Below, one piece after another: positions 1 through 11,504 of a stretch of DNA of 64,000 bases. The DNA lies in assembly GCF_052425735.1 (NCBI RefSeq), contig NC_135760.1, positions 28,883,074 through 28,947,073 of the forward strand. The letters run 5' to 3'. This DNA comes from Oculina patagonica (taxonomy: Eukaryota). The notes under the pieces are model-generated. The model did no database searches and had not been told where the DNA came from. It saw only the letters and a list, made by a program, of their open reading frames with translations. The position numbers and the translations under genes were made by a program. Each line of letters starts with the position of its first letter. Within the stretch, counting starts at the first letter, position 1.

Positions 1-213
1 AATTTAGTTATTTTATCATCATCGTCATCGTCATTTATATATTTTCAGATAGCAAAGAAAACAATTATAATTTATAAATACATAACAATAGGACTATATC
101 GGCAATCTAAATATTTCAATGAAAAAAAATATTATAGTGATGTCATGCTCAAGAAATTGGAAGAAAAGCTGCAGAGCTGGTCATGTGAGTGGCGTCATTA
201 TCATAAAACTAAC

Positions 214-320
214 CTTGTCATGTTGACTACAGAATCCTTTTCTCTTTCTTGGAATATTCATATCAATTTTAGCTCTAACAATTGTCATACTTGAGGTAAC
301 TAAGAAGATGTGACATAGAC
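214..320 (-). CDS. PELO: Pelota exon 5 (G)LCHIFLVTSSMTIVRAKIDMNIPRKRKGFCSQHDK; the gene continues 3'-ward beyond the window start
   Basis: Acceptor tttttcttcag|GT and donor CAAG|GTTAGT. Matches pelota 'GLAHICLVTPSMTLTRAKVEVNIPRKRKGNCSQHDR'. The remaining ~200 aa of the protein are not encoded in 1-213. Confidence 0.8.
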
Positions 321-471
321 CTGAAGAAAAAGTATTAAAAATGCAAAAAAATGCACAGCGATTATAACATCTTGTAAGAGTTTCGTATTCAACAAACAAA
401 ATAGTAATGAAGAACACAATATAAATAAATACATAATTAAGTATAAATAAATACATAAATTAAGTGCCTAC

Positions 472-528
472 CTTCATGAAGTAAGATAGCTCCTAGATCG
501 GCATGCTGTGTTGGATCGCAAGCCATTT
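472..528 (-). CDS. PELO: Pelota exon 4 (E)MACDPTQHADLGAILLHE(G)
   Basis: Acceptor gtgtttctcag|AA and donor GAAG|GTAGGC. Conserved IEMACDP motif. Phase 1/1 links exon 3 to exon 5. Confidence 0.75.
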
Positions 529-1745
529 CTGAGAAACACAAAACAATATAATCATTATTATAATATAATCATAATAAACTTCTGTTATCTGTCAACATTT
601 AACAACAATTGAAAATAAAATAATTATTGTAAAATAACTGAGATCCTTGTGGCTATCTTTTCTATAAAAGAAACAAAGAATATAGAACTGGTCACGCTAA
701 AAACATCCTGTTTTAGCAGAAATGTTACCTAAGAACTTTGAATTTATCTATAAATCTTTTTTTAAAGTGTAATTGCTAACTTAAGGACCGTTCAGTTGCA
801 CTAATCATTTATTCATTCTTCTGTGCACATAGTTCACATCCTTTCCCACATGTATGCTGGCCGGGAATAAGATATCTAAACACATAAAGGGCTGGCAGCC
901 ATTGCATTAATTTCCTTTGCAGTTTTCTCTCTGACATGGTTGGTGACCCTTACATTTGTTTTCATAGACAAGTTTCTCTGCTAATTCTCGACAGATTGTA
1001 AAAAAAAAAACATGAACAAAAAATCAATGTGGAAACTTTAAATCAAATCCTGCCAACCTGGGGCTGTCAGGCCAGTGAAAATGTGATCCCTACTTGATTA
1101 GATTTTAATACTTTAAGTAACAATAACTATTAGGCAAAGAATGTTGCATTTCAGGGATGATTTCCACGAGTTAACAACAATATCACTTTAATTTCATTTT
1201 TAATATTAGGGGGGGGGGGGGCTTTGGACATCTTATCTCTGCAATGAATACCGTATTTACTTGAATACGCGCCGCAACGCTTATCAAATTTTTCGCACCT
1301 CAAGTGCAGCACTTCTTTGAGGGCAGCGCTTATTTTAGGGCGGCGCTTATTAAAATTGGATGCCACAAACAATCTTATCTAGACGAAAGGTCTACAGTAA
1401 CTAAAAGAAGGGTCTTTATGATTTGTCTCTTACAGGAAAGAGTTGTTGCGTTTGCTGTTCCAAAAACGTTTAATGTTAACAGAACTAGGTATTGTTGGCA
1501 TTTTGGATACTAGATAAAATAATGGCTGTTTTAGAGTTGCTTTGTACTGCTATTTAAGTTATACAGAATTCCTCGAATAAGCACCGCATCAGGATTGCGG
1601 CACCTATATTAAAGTAGGTCAGTTAAACTGCAGGTCTTTTAACTAATGTCAAACGTAATATAAATTATGACATGATTACATGAAAAGCTAGACATAGTAG
1701 ATACCATGCTATCTAACTATATCTATTCAATACAAGTAAGCTTAC

Positions 1746-1836
1746 CTACTCTTTCCAGGGCAATAATGTCCCAATATTCCTTTATCAGAGTGAATTTTCT
1801 ATTTAATTCCAGATCTATTGTATGGTATGCACCCAT
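1746..1836 (-). CDS. PELO: Pelota exon 3 [30 protein letters not shown](E)
   Basis: Found by searching the + strand for the reverse complement of MGAYHT (gtatggtatgcacccat). Acceptor tcaccag|ATGGGT, donor GTAG|GTAAGC. 91 nt, phase 0 to 1, consistent with neighbouring exons. Confidence 0.8.
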
Positions 1837-3098
1837 CTGGTGATTATAAAAATGAACAGCAGGTTACCTACCGGTACATGTACGCATAAAAAATTCATGA
1901 TTTAACTCTTTCATTGTCATTCATTGTCATTCAGAAGGCAGTTCATTTTGGGTTACCTCCTTTTGTTTCCATTTTGCAATGCTAAGATCCTAGCTGATTA
2001 AACATTACCATCAAATAAATGAAGACATAAAATCATGCCAAGTTTGAAAGGATGAGGATAGAAACTGGCTTAAAGAATACACCTGAGTGTACATTATTAC
2101 AATACCAAACATTAAACTGCAAAATTTATGTCATGATCTATAAATTTATCATATTTGCCAGGCTGTGCAATTAAAAGACTTTCATGAAAGAAGAGAGTAA
2201 AGATTTAGCTCTGGAATAGAGGTAACCATATCTAACTTAAGCCCTTGATGCCTGTGCCAACAGAAACTGCCAGTCTTGTGTTGGCCTTTGTTCCACTTTT
2301 GACTTCACCACATCTGACTCTGAAGTTGTATATCAATACAAATAGTGGTAGATCTACATGTACACACATTTAACGTTCATATAAAACCACCTTTCAACTT
2401 ATTTAGCTGAAAGTTTGCTTAAATATTCCCAAATAGCTGCTAGAGCTACTTAAACATTTCTTTTAAAGGTTTGAATTTTGACACGGTTAAAAAATTTATG
2501 GCTTTGTTTGTAAATGGATATCACAGCTCTCAAAACATCAATGGTACACATGGTATAAAAAGAATTCAACAATTCCTTTAAATATTTTTTTCCTGAAAAC
2601 TCCAGGCATCAATGAAATTTTAAAAGTAAGTCTACTATTTAATTTGTTAGATGGCTTGCTCTTGATTTCTTTTGACTTTTGATGGTTGACTTAGGGCTTC
2701 ACCCCTCACTAATTTTTTTTATCAGCTGTTAGAAACTTCGATTGCACCGTCTGCTTGTTGATTAGATTTTAAATCCAAATATTTTCTTACTAGCTTATAC
2801 GTACATGTACATGTATATTTAGGGTGCACGGAGCAAACAAATGGCTGTTCATTAGCCATTTAGAAAGGTGAACTGAATGGACTTTGCCAGATGTTACCTA
2901 CAAAGTAAGTATAAACGTAGACTGTGTACAAGATTGACCAATCAACACTCCTGACTGGACAGATTTATGTCATCAGTATGAAATTTTTGGCATAAATTAC
3001 AGGTGCCCTCTGTTGTGAAACACCAAATCAGCCAAGAGCAGCTGGGCTAGCAGTGCAGGTGAATATAAATAAAAACAGGTATAACTGCAGTACGCTAC

Positions 3099-3249
3099 CT
3101 TGACATACTGGTTTTCTTCCACATTGCGTCCTTTGATTCTTAACATACAGGCTTGAGTGTCAAACTCAATCCCCTCCACAGCTATCGCTAGAGTTGTTCG
3201 TACTTTATTGCTACTTACTGATCCAGTAGCAGACTCTGTTTGGACACGC
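3099..3249 (-). CDS. PELO: Pelota exon 2 (R)RVQTESATGSVSSNKVRTTLAIAVEGIEFDTQACMLRIKGRNVEENQYVK
   Basis: Acceptor ttattgtcag|G and donor AAG|GTAGCG. Phase matches exon 1 (ag+g=R). Near-identical to pelota 'RKVQTESSTGSVGSNRVRTTLTLCVEAIDFDSQACQLRVKGTNIQENEYVK'. Confidence 0.8.
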
Positions 3250-4031
3250 CTGACAATAAAGGATTAAACAAAAACATCACCATCTACACAGAATTTTAAA
3301 GGGACATTAAGCCTGAGTCCCAAAAATAACAACCTTGATTTGGCTTAGCTTGTCTTTAATTAACAGTCAGTGGAAGAGACACTTTATAGCAGCTTGTTCA
3401 GAGCCTCCTACAATGATGTCTGAACTGTGACATCGTCCCTATATATAGCTAGCAGCCCAGAGTAAATGACACTAGGATTCATACCCTTTTGAAAACTGAA
3501 AGCTGCTTTGCCCACATAAAAGAAAAATGCTGGAATTTGTATTCTCTCTAACTTGACTGTTTCATGATTAACCAGTACACATTTTGGTCATCCTGTAAAT
3601 TAATGTTGAAAATGATCACAAGCTGCTGGAGACAGATAGAAGCCACTGGTTTCAGTGCCAAGTATAACTTTAATTTGATCACCATACATTTTGAACATGG
3701 CAAAAACATGAGCATGACCTTAGAAATAGAACTGGCCATCACCAGGAAATAAATTCAGATAGATTTAAGAATGTATTTGTAAATAGGCTATATTTTTATC
3801 GTACTGTATTTTTTACCTTGAGAAGAATAAAGATTAATATTATTATTATTAATATTATTATTATTATTGTTGTTGTTGTTGAACAATTCATCTTCATTAT
3901 TTATCACCAAGCTTAAAATTTACCATCTTCATTATTTAATACACACTTGATGATTTCAACATTGCTGATCCTAGCAGTATGCAGGATGTGTGTCACATAT
4001 CAACCTAGTAAATGGCCCGGCTCACCACAGG

Positions 4032-4106
4032 TTTCTTGTAGCTCAGATGGTAAGAGCGCCCAACTGATATCTGGGAGGCCATGGGTTTGATTCTTGTCAG
4101 GGACTC
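4032..4106 (+). tRNA. tRNA-like sequence (Ile-GAT-like anticodon loop, degenerate T-arm and acceptor); probably a tRNA-derived SINE head or pseudogene, within PELO intron 1
   Basis: TAGCTCAGATGGTAAGAGCG D-arm and anticodon-like loop CTGATAT, but acceptor and T stems do not pair. Followed by a T-run. Flanked by 65-bp direct repeats (3880-3945 / 4139-4205). Confidence 0.4.
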
Positions 4107-4474
4107 AGATTTTTTCTTTGTCGCATGCTTGTATCATTGTTAAACAATTCATCTTTATTTTTATCACTGAGCTTAAAATTTACCATCTTCATTATTTACT
4201 ACACATCAGGCCAACATGTTTTCATGACCTGTCTGAAGGCATTTTAAAGCTTTGTTGTGTATAAAAAAACTTGGTTACTAAAAAACATGATTAAATGGTT
4301 GAAATTCTTTTTTTTGTTTCTGTTAAGAGTTGCTAGCACAATTTTTGTGTGTGTGAGCAATATTGACGTTACGCAAAAAATAATAGCGTGTACTAAGTTT
4401 TGAGCCACGTAAACTGTAGTAATTAAGCCACCTTAAATGGCAATGCATGCACATGAGTGCTGTTTACTACATAC

Positions 4475-4593
4475 CTGATAGTCGTTGATTTAAGACGGTC
4501 ACCAACAGCTATAAGGTTGTAAGCATGCCACATGTCTTCAGCTTCCTCTGGTACGAGGACAACAGACCTAGCATCATGTATCAAGAAATACAT
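4475..4593 (-). CDS. PELO: Pelota/Dom34 ribosome-rescue factor, first coding exon (ATG at 4593; MYFLIHDARSVVLVPEEAEDMWHAYNLIAVGDRLKSTTIR, donor atcag|GTATGT)
   Basis: Minus-strand translation matches the conserved pelota N-terminus (VTLVPEE-EDMWH-YNL--GD-----TIRK). In-frame TGA/TAA lie just upstream of the ATG. Start could alternatively be spliced from an undetected upstream exon. Confidence 0.65.
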
Positions 4594-5969
4594 TTATCAA
4601 CCTATCTAAGTATCTGAAGTGAGTAAAACTCAGATCTTTTACAAAAGTAAGGGCATTTTACATCTTCTCTTGCTTTTTATGTCTGTCAGTTTGTTTGTCT
4701 TGCTTCCTTGTTTGTTTCTAAAAGCTTGGAATATTATACATATCATTATGTAGTGTTACTCCAAATGCAATTGCTACACATTTATTCTAAACACTCAGAA
4801 CAGTATGTGAGGTCTAACACCTTACTGCATGGCTGTGTGCAGACGGACACCTCACATTGTACTAACCCTATTGAAAGTACATATTTTCTAAAACAGCAAC
4901 ACGAACAAAACATTTGGTTGAGGTATTTTCCTCCGATATGTAAGCTTCTTGAAAGCATGGACTTGACTACATGTTGAAGATTGATGGTGCAAAAAATTAG
5001 CAGCGTATGTTTCCAAAAGTGATTTCTTGCAAAAAGTAATTTTGACCGCAGAAGGTAATTTTGGCAGCTTTACAATTTGGCACCCCAAAGTTGCGCCAAA
5101 AAAAGTTATTTGATGTGTTTTTCTGCAGGGGAAACATGTTGAGTTCTCGTGCTTCCTGCTCACTTTCACTGAAGATCTTTGGTGTGGACTTTAAGGGCCT
5201 TGGAGTAGACTTAAAAAGAAAATCTTGGCTTATCTTTGGCAAGGGATGTACATGGAAATGCCCCCTGGCTCAAAACTATAGCAAGCCACCTAAAATTAGA
5301 GTCATTTGATTTTATATCCGCACCCCCTAGGAGACAAGGTAAGTCAAAATCCCCCTTCTAGGAAATGGAGATCAAAGTGCCGAAAAGATCACCCTCCCCC
5401 CTCCCCCCCATAAAAAAGAGCCCAATTTTTTAACCCTTCTGGAAAAGACCAATTTTTTTGTTTAACCCTAAGAATTCGAAATGTTCGGATCAAAGGATGT
5501 ACCGGCGGAGCAACTGCCCCAGAAATGGCTTTCAAAGTCCCTTAAGAAGATCTCGGATATAGGACGGTGTGGATATTTAATTTAATGGTCCTTATGAGAA
5601 TGAATTGCATTTTTTAAGGTTTTAAGTAACACTTATAGAGATTAGGGTAGTACAGGCAAAAAGACGTTTTCTTCATATAAAAAGAAAGTTAGCTTACCCC
5701 GAACTGTCTTTCTCAAAATTCTTCGCGACCAGCTTCATATTCAGGAAATGGATCCTACCGATTTCCACAAAACGTCCTCAAATTCAAGGGTGAAGATACG
5801 ACAAAAATAAAGCATCAAATCTTTGTTCGCCATCTTGTTTTTGCCCCGCTAGAACCAGACCTTCGCGGTCTTGCTGGATCAGAGTCCCCCGAGTCCCCCA
5901 GAGTTCCAACCTTGGTCCGCTGCAGGCAGAGGACAGAGGGAGCTTTTGTGACGAGATTTTTACGAAAAC
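4594..5969. promoter_or_regulatory. Putative bidirectional promoter / shared 5' region between divergent PELO (-) and NUDT6-like (+) genes; GC-rich CpG-containing block at ~5820-5960
   Basis: Start codons of the two genes face away from each other 1.4 kb apart. A local GC-rich segment (ccccgctagaaccagaccttcgcggtc...ccgctgcagg) sits immediately upstream of the NUDT6-like ATG. No TATA box identified. Confidence 0.4.
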
Positions 5970-6064
5970 ATGAGCAACACTGTGGAATTGAATGCTGAAG
6001 GATATTTAGAACCTTCTTCAAATGAGCCCGTGGAGAAATTTAATTTCAAGGGAATCAAAGACAT
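5970..6064 (+). CDS. NUDT6: NUDT6-like Nudix hydrolase exon 1 (MSNTVELNAEGYLEPSSNEPVEKFNFKGIKD-)
   Basis: ATG at 5970. Donor AT|GTAAGA (phase 2) joins exon 2 to give ...KGIKDIFGGITIN, aligning to human NUDT6 'GELDRFGGISVRL'. Confidence 0.6.
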
Positions 6065-6229
6065 GTAAGATTAGATATAGCAGTTAACTTTATATATATA
6101 ACTTATGTAATATTCTGTAAAGGGTGACCGGACAAAAGACAAGGTTATTTGCCTGTCTATCGATCTCCTTTATTTCCTTGATAACAGAAAAAAAGACGAA
6201 GATGTATAAATATTTAATGATTATCTATC

Positions 6230-6540
6230 GGGGTCTCTCGTGGTCAATAGCAAATGCCTGGGGGTGGGGGTGAGGCTTTCCACAGGGTTTTGGCGACAGA
6301 GTTCCAAAATAGCTCAAAATGTAGCGAGAATCTTGTTTCAGAGCACCGACAGCTGACAGAAACTAGCACTGAAAGGGTTTATATTTGCAAGAGCAACAAC
6401 GTTTCTTTTAACAAATAGACGGCAGGTGGGTTGGAAACGAGTGACAGAACGACATCTGAAGCCCCCTTGGAAAGCCTCGGGGGTGGGGGGTAGGGATACT
6501 CTACATATAGGTGGGTCATGCCTCTCTGACTCTGAGACCC
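6230..6540. mobile_element. MITE-like repeat with GGGGTCTC…GAGACCC termini and GGGGTGGGGG / CCATGGGG motifs; related copies at 7560-7740 and 10620-10750
   Basis: ggggtctctcgtgg (6233) versus ctctgactctgagaccc (6523). The same motif family is seen in other introns. Confidence 0.35.
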
Positions 6541-7060
6541 TTTAACCTATACTAGATCGTGTTCAGCTGCATTTTACAACCCTGTTCTAGACTGAACACC
6601 TAGAGCTATTTATCAATGCTTTCTTAGTTATTAATGTTACCAGAGGCAGTAAAGTTGCCACACTGTACCAACACTAATGGACACCTCCAGGTGGTGGAAA
6701 TAGATCTCCATATAATTCAAAGCATGAACTAAATAGTTATGGACCCAGCCACATACAAACTGATTTACTTTAATTTTCCATAAATAGACACCTCTCCTCA
6801 GAGGACACTTACTGGTTCCAAGGGTGTCTGCTAATTTAGGAGAATAAGTATAATTATCTTAAGTAATTTTTAGATTTCAATTCACACATACATGTATAAT
6901 AAAGTCAATTTATTTAATTTAGTTTACTTCACATATAATAAGTCAGTTTAACTTAATTTCTATTAACTTATAAATCGCCCGGTTGTTTCATTCAATTACA
7001 CATATTTATTATTACATAACTTATTTTTGGTGTATTCATTATTGTTTCCTTTTTGTGTAG

Positions 7061-7134
7061 CTTTGGTGGTATAACAATCAACACAGATAAAGAAAAATGC
7101 AAAAATGAAGAAGAATTTGAAGGAAAACTTGTTT
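7061..7134 (+). CDS. NUDT6: NUDT6-like exon 2 (I)FGGITINTDKEKCKNEEEFEGKLV
   Basis: Acceptor ttttgtgtag|C and donor GTTT|GTAAGT. Phases 2 to 1 are consistent with the flanking exons. Confidence 0.65.
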
Positions 7135-7953
7135 GTAAGTCATTGCTGGGTTTGTAATTGCAGAAAGCCATTTAATTCATGTTGAATTCAATTAATCCTG
7201 ACTTGACTTATGGCCATAAGCCCTAAGTGGGCAAAGGGCCGGTCAATTAATCCTGAGATATCTTTAAAAATGTCAAATGTTTACTAACGTGACATAAAAG
7301 AGCTCTCAGAAGCTTATAATCAAGGTATATGTGCATTGAAGACAGAGGCGGTGGAGAGTTTTGAAACATGGTGGGCCATCATACTCCAAGCCAAGTGCAT
7401 ACGGATTACCTCCCCAACCCCATGGGGGTAGATCCCACTACTCATATTTCCCAAAATGTCTCTAACAGTGTCTGGTGTGTCCGTAATACAATGTATTATT
7501 CCAAAAAATACCCATACCCCACCCTCAGAAGGTTTTTTGGTTTGCATCCCTCCATCTCGCTAGGAATTCCAGTGAAGCTCGATACTTTTCTTCTCTCTTT
7601 TGGCTTTTGAGACCCCCAGCCCTCTCAGAATTTCCAATGACCTTCCATGGGGTCTCTCTTAGTTCCTTGCCCCCCCCCGGGTGGGGGATAGGGCTGGCCT
7701 TCCATGGGGTGGGTAGAGATATTTTCTGAAACTGCACAATGCAATATTAAACATGGAAATTCAGGCGATCCTGCATCATGGTGCTTTTTGGGTTTTTCTT
7801 TAGATGTTGGAGGGCAGAAAATGTACGCTTTGAAGTCGCCGATGCCATAGGTAGTGTCAAATACAATTTTAACAGATTGCAGACCTCTCCTAGTAGCATT
7901 TTGGGGGAATGAGATTCATTGAAAATCCTCACAAGAAAGACCCTGGGAATGAG

Positions 7954-8651
7954 CAGTGCTCGACACTAACGCTAGTACACTAGCCCAGGACTAGTAAAAC
8001 TTCATGCTGGGCTAGCCCCTAGACTAGTTAGTTTCATGGAAAAATAAATTAACTTCAACTCTTTTACTTGGGAAGTTTTTTCTTAGAAACCTTCATCAAG
8101 AACTAGTTTCCATAGCTTGAGTCAATTAAACCAGAGGGCTTGCGATCCATATCCTATCGTACGGGTTATCGTATGATCAACTTGCAAACCTTAAGCCATC
8201 TTTGAAAAGGCGCACGCCCTCCGTCCTTGCTTCCATGTCACTGAAAAGGGATCTGAGAGAGAGCCACCACCGGCCCGTCATCTTGGATTTTTTCATGCAA
8301 GCAGTCACTGAGTCACCACAAGCATGAAGGAGATTTCAAGCTTTTGTAACACCTTACCTAGAAGGAAACAACCTTCGAGGCCAGAGCCAGATTTACATTG
8401 CTCACAGAGGACCAAACACAGCATGAAAAGAAAAAGAAGTGCGATCAGCAGTCAAGAAATTTCAACCCAGTTGGGAGAAAGCATATCCGTTGCTGTGATT
8501 CAGTGAATGAAAGATGTACTTGTGTGGACTCACACAAATATAGTGCTGAGAGATTAGCTGATTCAAACTCGGCTCTTTTAATTTTTTTTTTTTTTGGGGG
8601 GGGAGGCTAGTGACTTGTCCTAGTATCCAAAAAAGTTAGTGTCGAGCACTG
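7954..8651. mobile_element. Non-autonomous DNA transposon (~700 bp) with 17-bp TIRs CAGTGCTCGACACTAAC and 5-bp TSD ATGAG, inserted into a SINE copy
   Basis: TIR at 7954-7970 and its reverse complement at 8635-8651. ATGAG at 7949-7953 and 8652-8656. An uninterrupted paralogous site (gaccctgggaatgag|gttg…) occurs at 8999-9020. No transposase ORF. Confidence 0.65.
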
Positions 8652-8819
8652 ATGAGGTTGGCCAACTTAACGTGGCCCGCCCCCAATTTGAATCCTGTTC
8701 CCGACATCATGTGTGGGATGAGTTTGTTGTCATCCTTGCTCCAAAGGTTTTTCTCTAGGTTATCCAGTTTTCCTCCCACTCTGAAAACCAACATTCCAAA
8801 TTTTATATGATCTTATATA

Positions 8820-9060
8820 GGTGGCGAAGCAGGGGGGGCTGGGGGGCCTGTCGCCCAACCAAACAAAAATTTGGAGGGGCTGAGCCCCCACATTTCAGTG
8901 CTGAAAGTATTACTAGCACAGCATAAGATTGGTTTGTCAAGACACAAGTCGTTTTTTTCAGGATTGTACTTGGCCAGATGATTTGGTGGGGTCGGGGAGA
9001 AAGAGACCCTGGGAATGAGGTTGTAAGTTGGCAGGAGGCAAGCGCTCTCACCACTGCTGC
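8820..9060 (-). mobile_element. tRNA-derived SINE, family 2 (head GGAGCAGGGGTATATGCAGCAGTGGTGAGAGCGCTTGCC on minus strand); same family in + orientation at 54470-54600
   Basis: Shared head …GCAGTGGTGAGAGCGCTYGCCTCC… followed by GGGTTCAATTCC at 54530. Confidence 0.5.
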
Positions 9061-9164
9061 ATATACCCCTGCTCCACTTGATAGTTCTATTATTTGCTAC
9101 AACGCATTTAGTAAAAGTTCAGTTCAATTAATTAAATATTGTTTTCTCTTCTGATGTATTTCAG

Positions 9165-9256
9165 CATCATTGGCTACATTCAAAAAATGTGCTGTTAGAG
9201 GAGTTTGGCTGAGAATATCAATTAATGATTCCTCATTTATTCCCATTGCTATAAAG
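9165..9256 (+). CDS. NUDT6: NUDT6-like exon 3 (S)SLATFKKCAVRGVWLRISINDSSFIPIAIK
   Basis: Acceptor tgtatttcag|CA and donor AAAG|GTATTG. Aligns to NUDT6 '[24 protein letters not shown]'. Confidence 0.75.
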
Positions 9257-10330
9257 GTATTGTGCAGTACTGAAATGTAGTCATAGCTGCCATTTAAAAG
9301 TAAAGCCTTTACACCCAAATGACTTTTAGCTCTTGGCTCTTTACTCCAGTCTATAAAGCATAGCTGCATGAAGCTGCAACGTGCATCACCACTGTACTCC
9401 TATTTCATTCTAACAGGTTGCCCCAACAATTTACTGGTAATACTCCTAGGTGGAGATATAAAGACACTATAACTAATTAAGAGTCACCTTCCTTGCCCAA
9501 GAACACAACACAATGACCGCAGTCAGGGCTTGAACTCAAACTTTTCAGTCCAGAGTCTGGTGCACTTGAGCCATTAGGCCACTGCTTCTCCCCACACAGC
9601 TACCACTCATTTTATTATAGCCTAATAGCATCAGATTTGCCTATACTTGTTGTGTCAAGGATCGCACAGCCTTGGGTCTGCTTTCAGTGTTTGTCTGAAT
9701 TGTTTGGCTTGGTTTCCTTGCTCTTGACAGTTTGTGTTTTTTCATACAGTATGAGTAACTTCTAATAACATTTTGACCCAATAAGTACATCATGACCTTG
9801 ACTCTTCTCTCTGTCACTGTATAGTAGTAACAGACAGTGCATGACTATGGACCACACAGTTTGGCCATTACGATATTGACTTTTCTATGTGGTTCAAGTC
9901 TCTTTAATTAAATCCTTTTTTAAAGGACCACCTGCAGTCTGCCATAATTTTAATTTCAATTACATCACTCAATCAATCCTTTCATGTCTTTGGATAAGTG
10001 ACCAGCCAGTTATCCGTACTTGACACATTTTTTGGCCACGCAACTATGAACACTCCCAAAATTCATTTCCAGCTGCCATTAAATTAAATAGTTTACAACT
10101 TCTACATTGATAATTAAGTAAAATTGATTTTCATTGCTGTCACATTGTCAACAATTAGCACTTGCAAGTTGTACAAATTTAAATTTCAAGTTCATATAAA
10201 CTTTGTGTAACATTATGCTCAAGTCAACATAAACAACATTTGTTATGCAGTTAGTTTGATTCAAGAATTTTTAGTATTTAAATTTGTTTTCCTTTGACAG
10301 TATATTTCTTTGTGTTCTATATTTTTTCAG

Positions 10331-10436
10331 CATGGCTTTCTATTCCATCATACATATCCAACTTATATTGTTTTGACTCGTTGGCTTCCAGAGGATGAAC
10401 CAAACACCCTTCCAAGCTTTGCCACAAGCTACCTTG
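10331..10436 (+). CDS. NUDT6: NUDT6-like exon 4 HGFLFHHTYPTYIVLTRWLPEDEPNTLPSFATSYL(G)
   Basis: Acceptor attttttcag|CAT and donor CTTG|GTATGT. Aligns to '[34 protein letters not shown]'. Confidence 0.8.
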
Positions 10437-11504
10437 GTATGTGTTTAGTTTTGGAAAATTATATCATGAAGAACTTATTTATTAAAAAAATATATTTCTC
10501 ATGAATATTTCGCATACATGCTGTTTGGATCATGCAGTTAATGCCACAGTTCATGTAATGCTTTAATAAATAAAAATTTATACATAACTTTACATAATGA
10601 GAGCAAAGACCCTGTGTGACTTTTTGGGGCTATTTGCATGGATAAAAGTGTCTCTAGTAGGAGGTTTACCTACCCTGCCCCCTGAAGAATTAGTACAGAT
10701 TGTTTTAAAGAAAACATGCCCCCCTCCCCTGGTTGCTTTCTGAGCCTAAAATTGGTAAAATAATGCAATTATTGAGGCTCTATTTATGTCTCAATTTGTC
10801 CCTGATGGAACACATCAGTGAACATTGCCTAGAAAGCGATAATTATATTATTGTGCATGTACTGAGTTTGCTGAACACTCCAGCTCAAATCAAGTGAATG
10901 TGCAGTGGTGCTTGTGTGCAATACACTGTAAAATATAACAAAAACTCTTTCAAAAATGCAAATTAGTATCAGTTTCAATATTAGTATATCGAACACACCT
11001 GTCTAATCTGTCCTTATTAACTGGGTGGGGCCTGGGCCCAGTTCATAATCTGGCTGGCATGTTTTTTTGTTGGTAAATCATTCCAGGCGCACATGGCCCA
11101 GCTGATACCTTAGTCCAGTCACACAAATTTTGATGTTTGCTAGCGATCACTAGTTTATATTAATTATTACAAACACTCTGCTCTTTGTTTAGTGTGAAAT
11201 CTATTTTTGTGTCATCCAAGCTCTTCTCGCTTAGTGAAGGCCGAATGTTCACTTTGCGACTCCTTCGTCACGCAAATTTTGATGTTTACTAGCAAACGCT
11301 TGCCTGTAGCTATAACTAACCGTTCATAAATATTTATGTATACTCTGTGCTCTGTTTTGTGTGAAATATTCATTTTTGTCATTCTTGAAAGCATTTGACT
11401 TGGAGCAAGTATGATTTGTACAATTTACCCAGAACATGCTGAATATTTCAAAACAACAACTAGTTTTCTGGGGACCCACTTTTTGTTTTTATTTATGTTT
11501 GGAG

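Noticed and set aside
2997-3179. Possible FGF-like exon antisense to the NUDT6-like gene (by analogy with vertebrate FGF2/NUDT6)
   Set aside because: The peptide (EGIEFDTQACMLRIKGRNVEENQYVK) is a clear pelota match, not an FGF beta-trefoil. No FGF-like exons were seen on the strand opposite the NUDT6-like gene.
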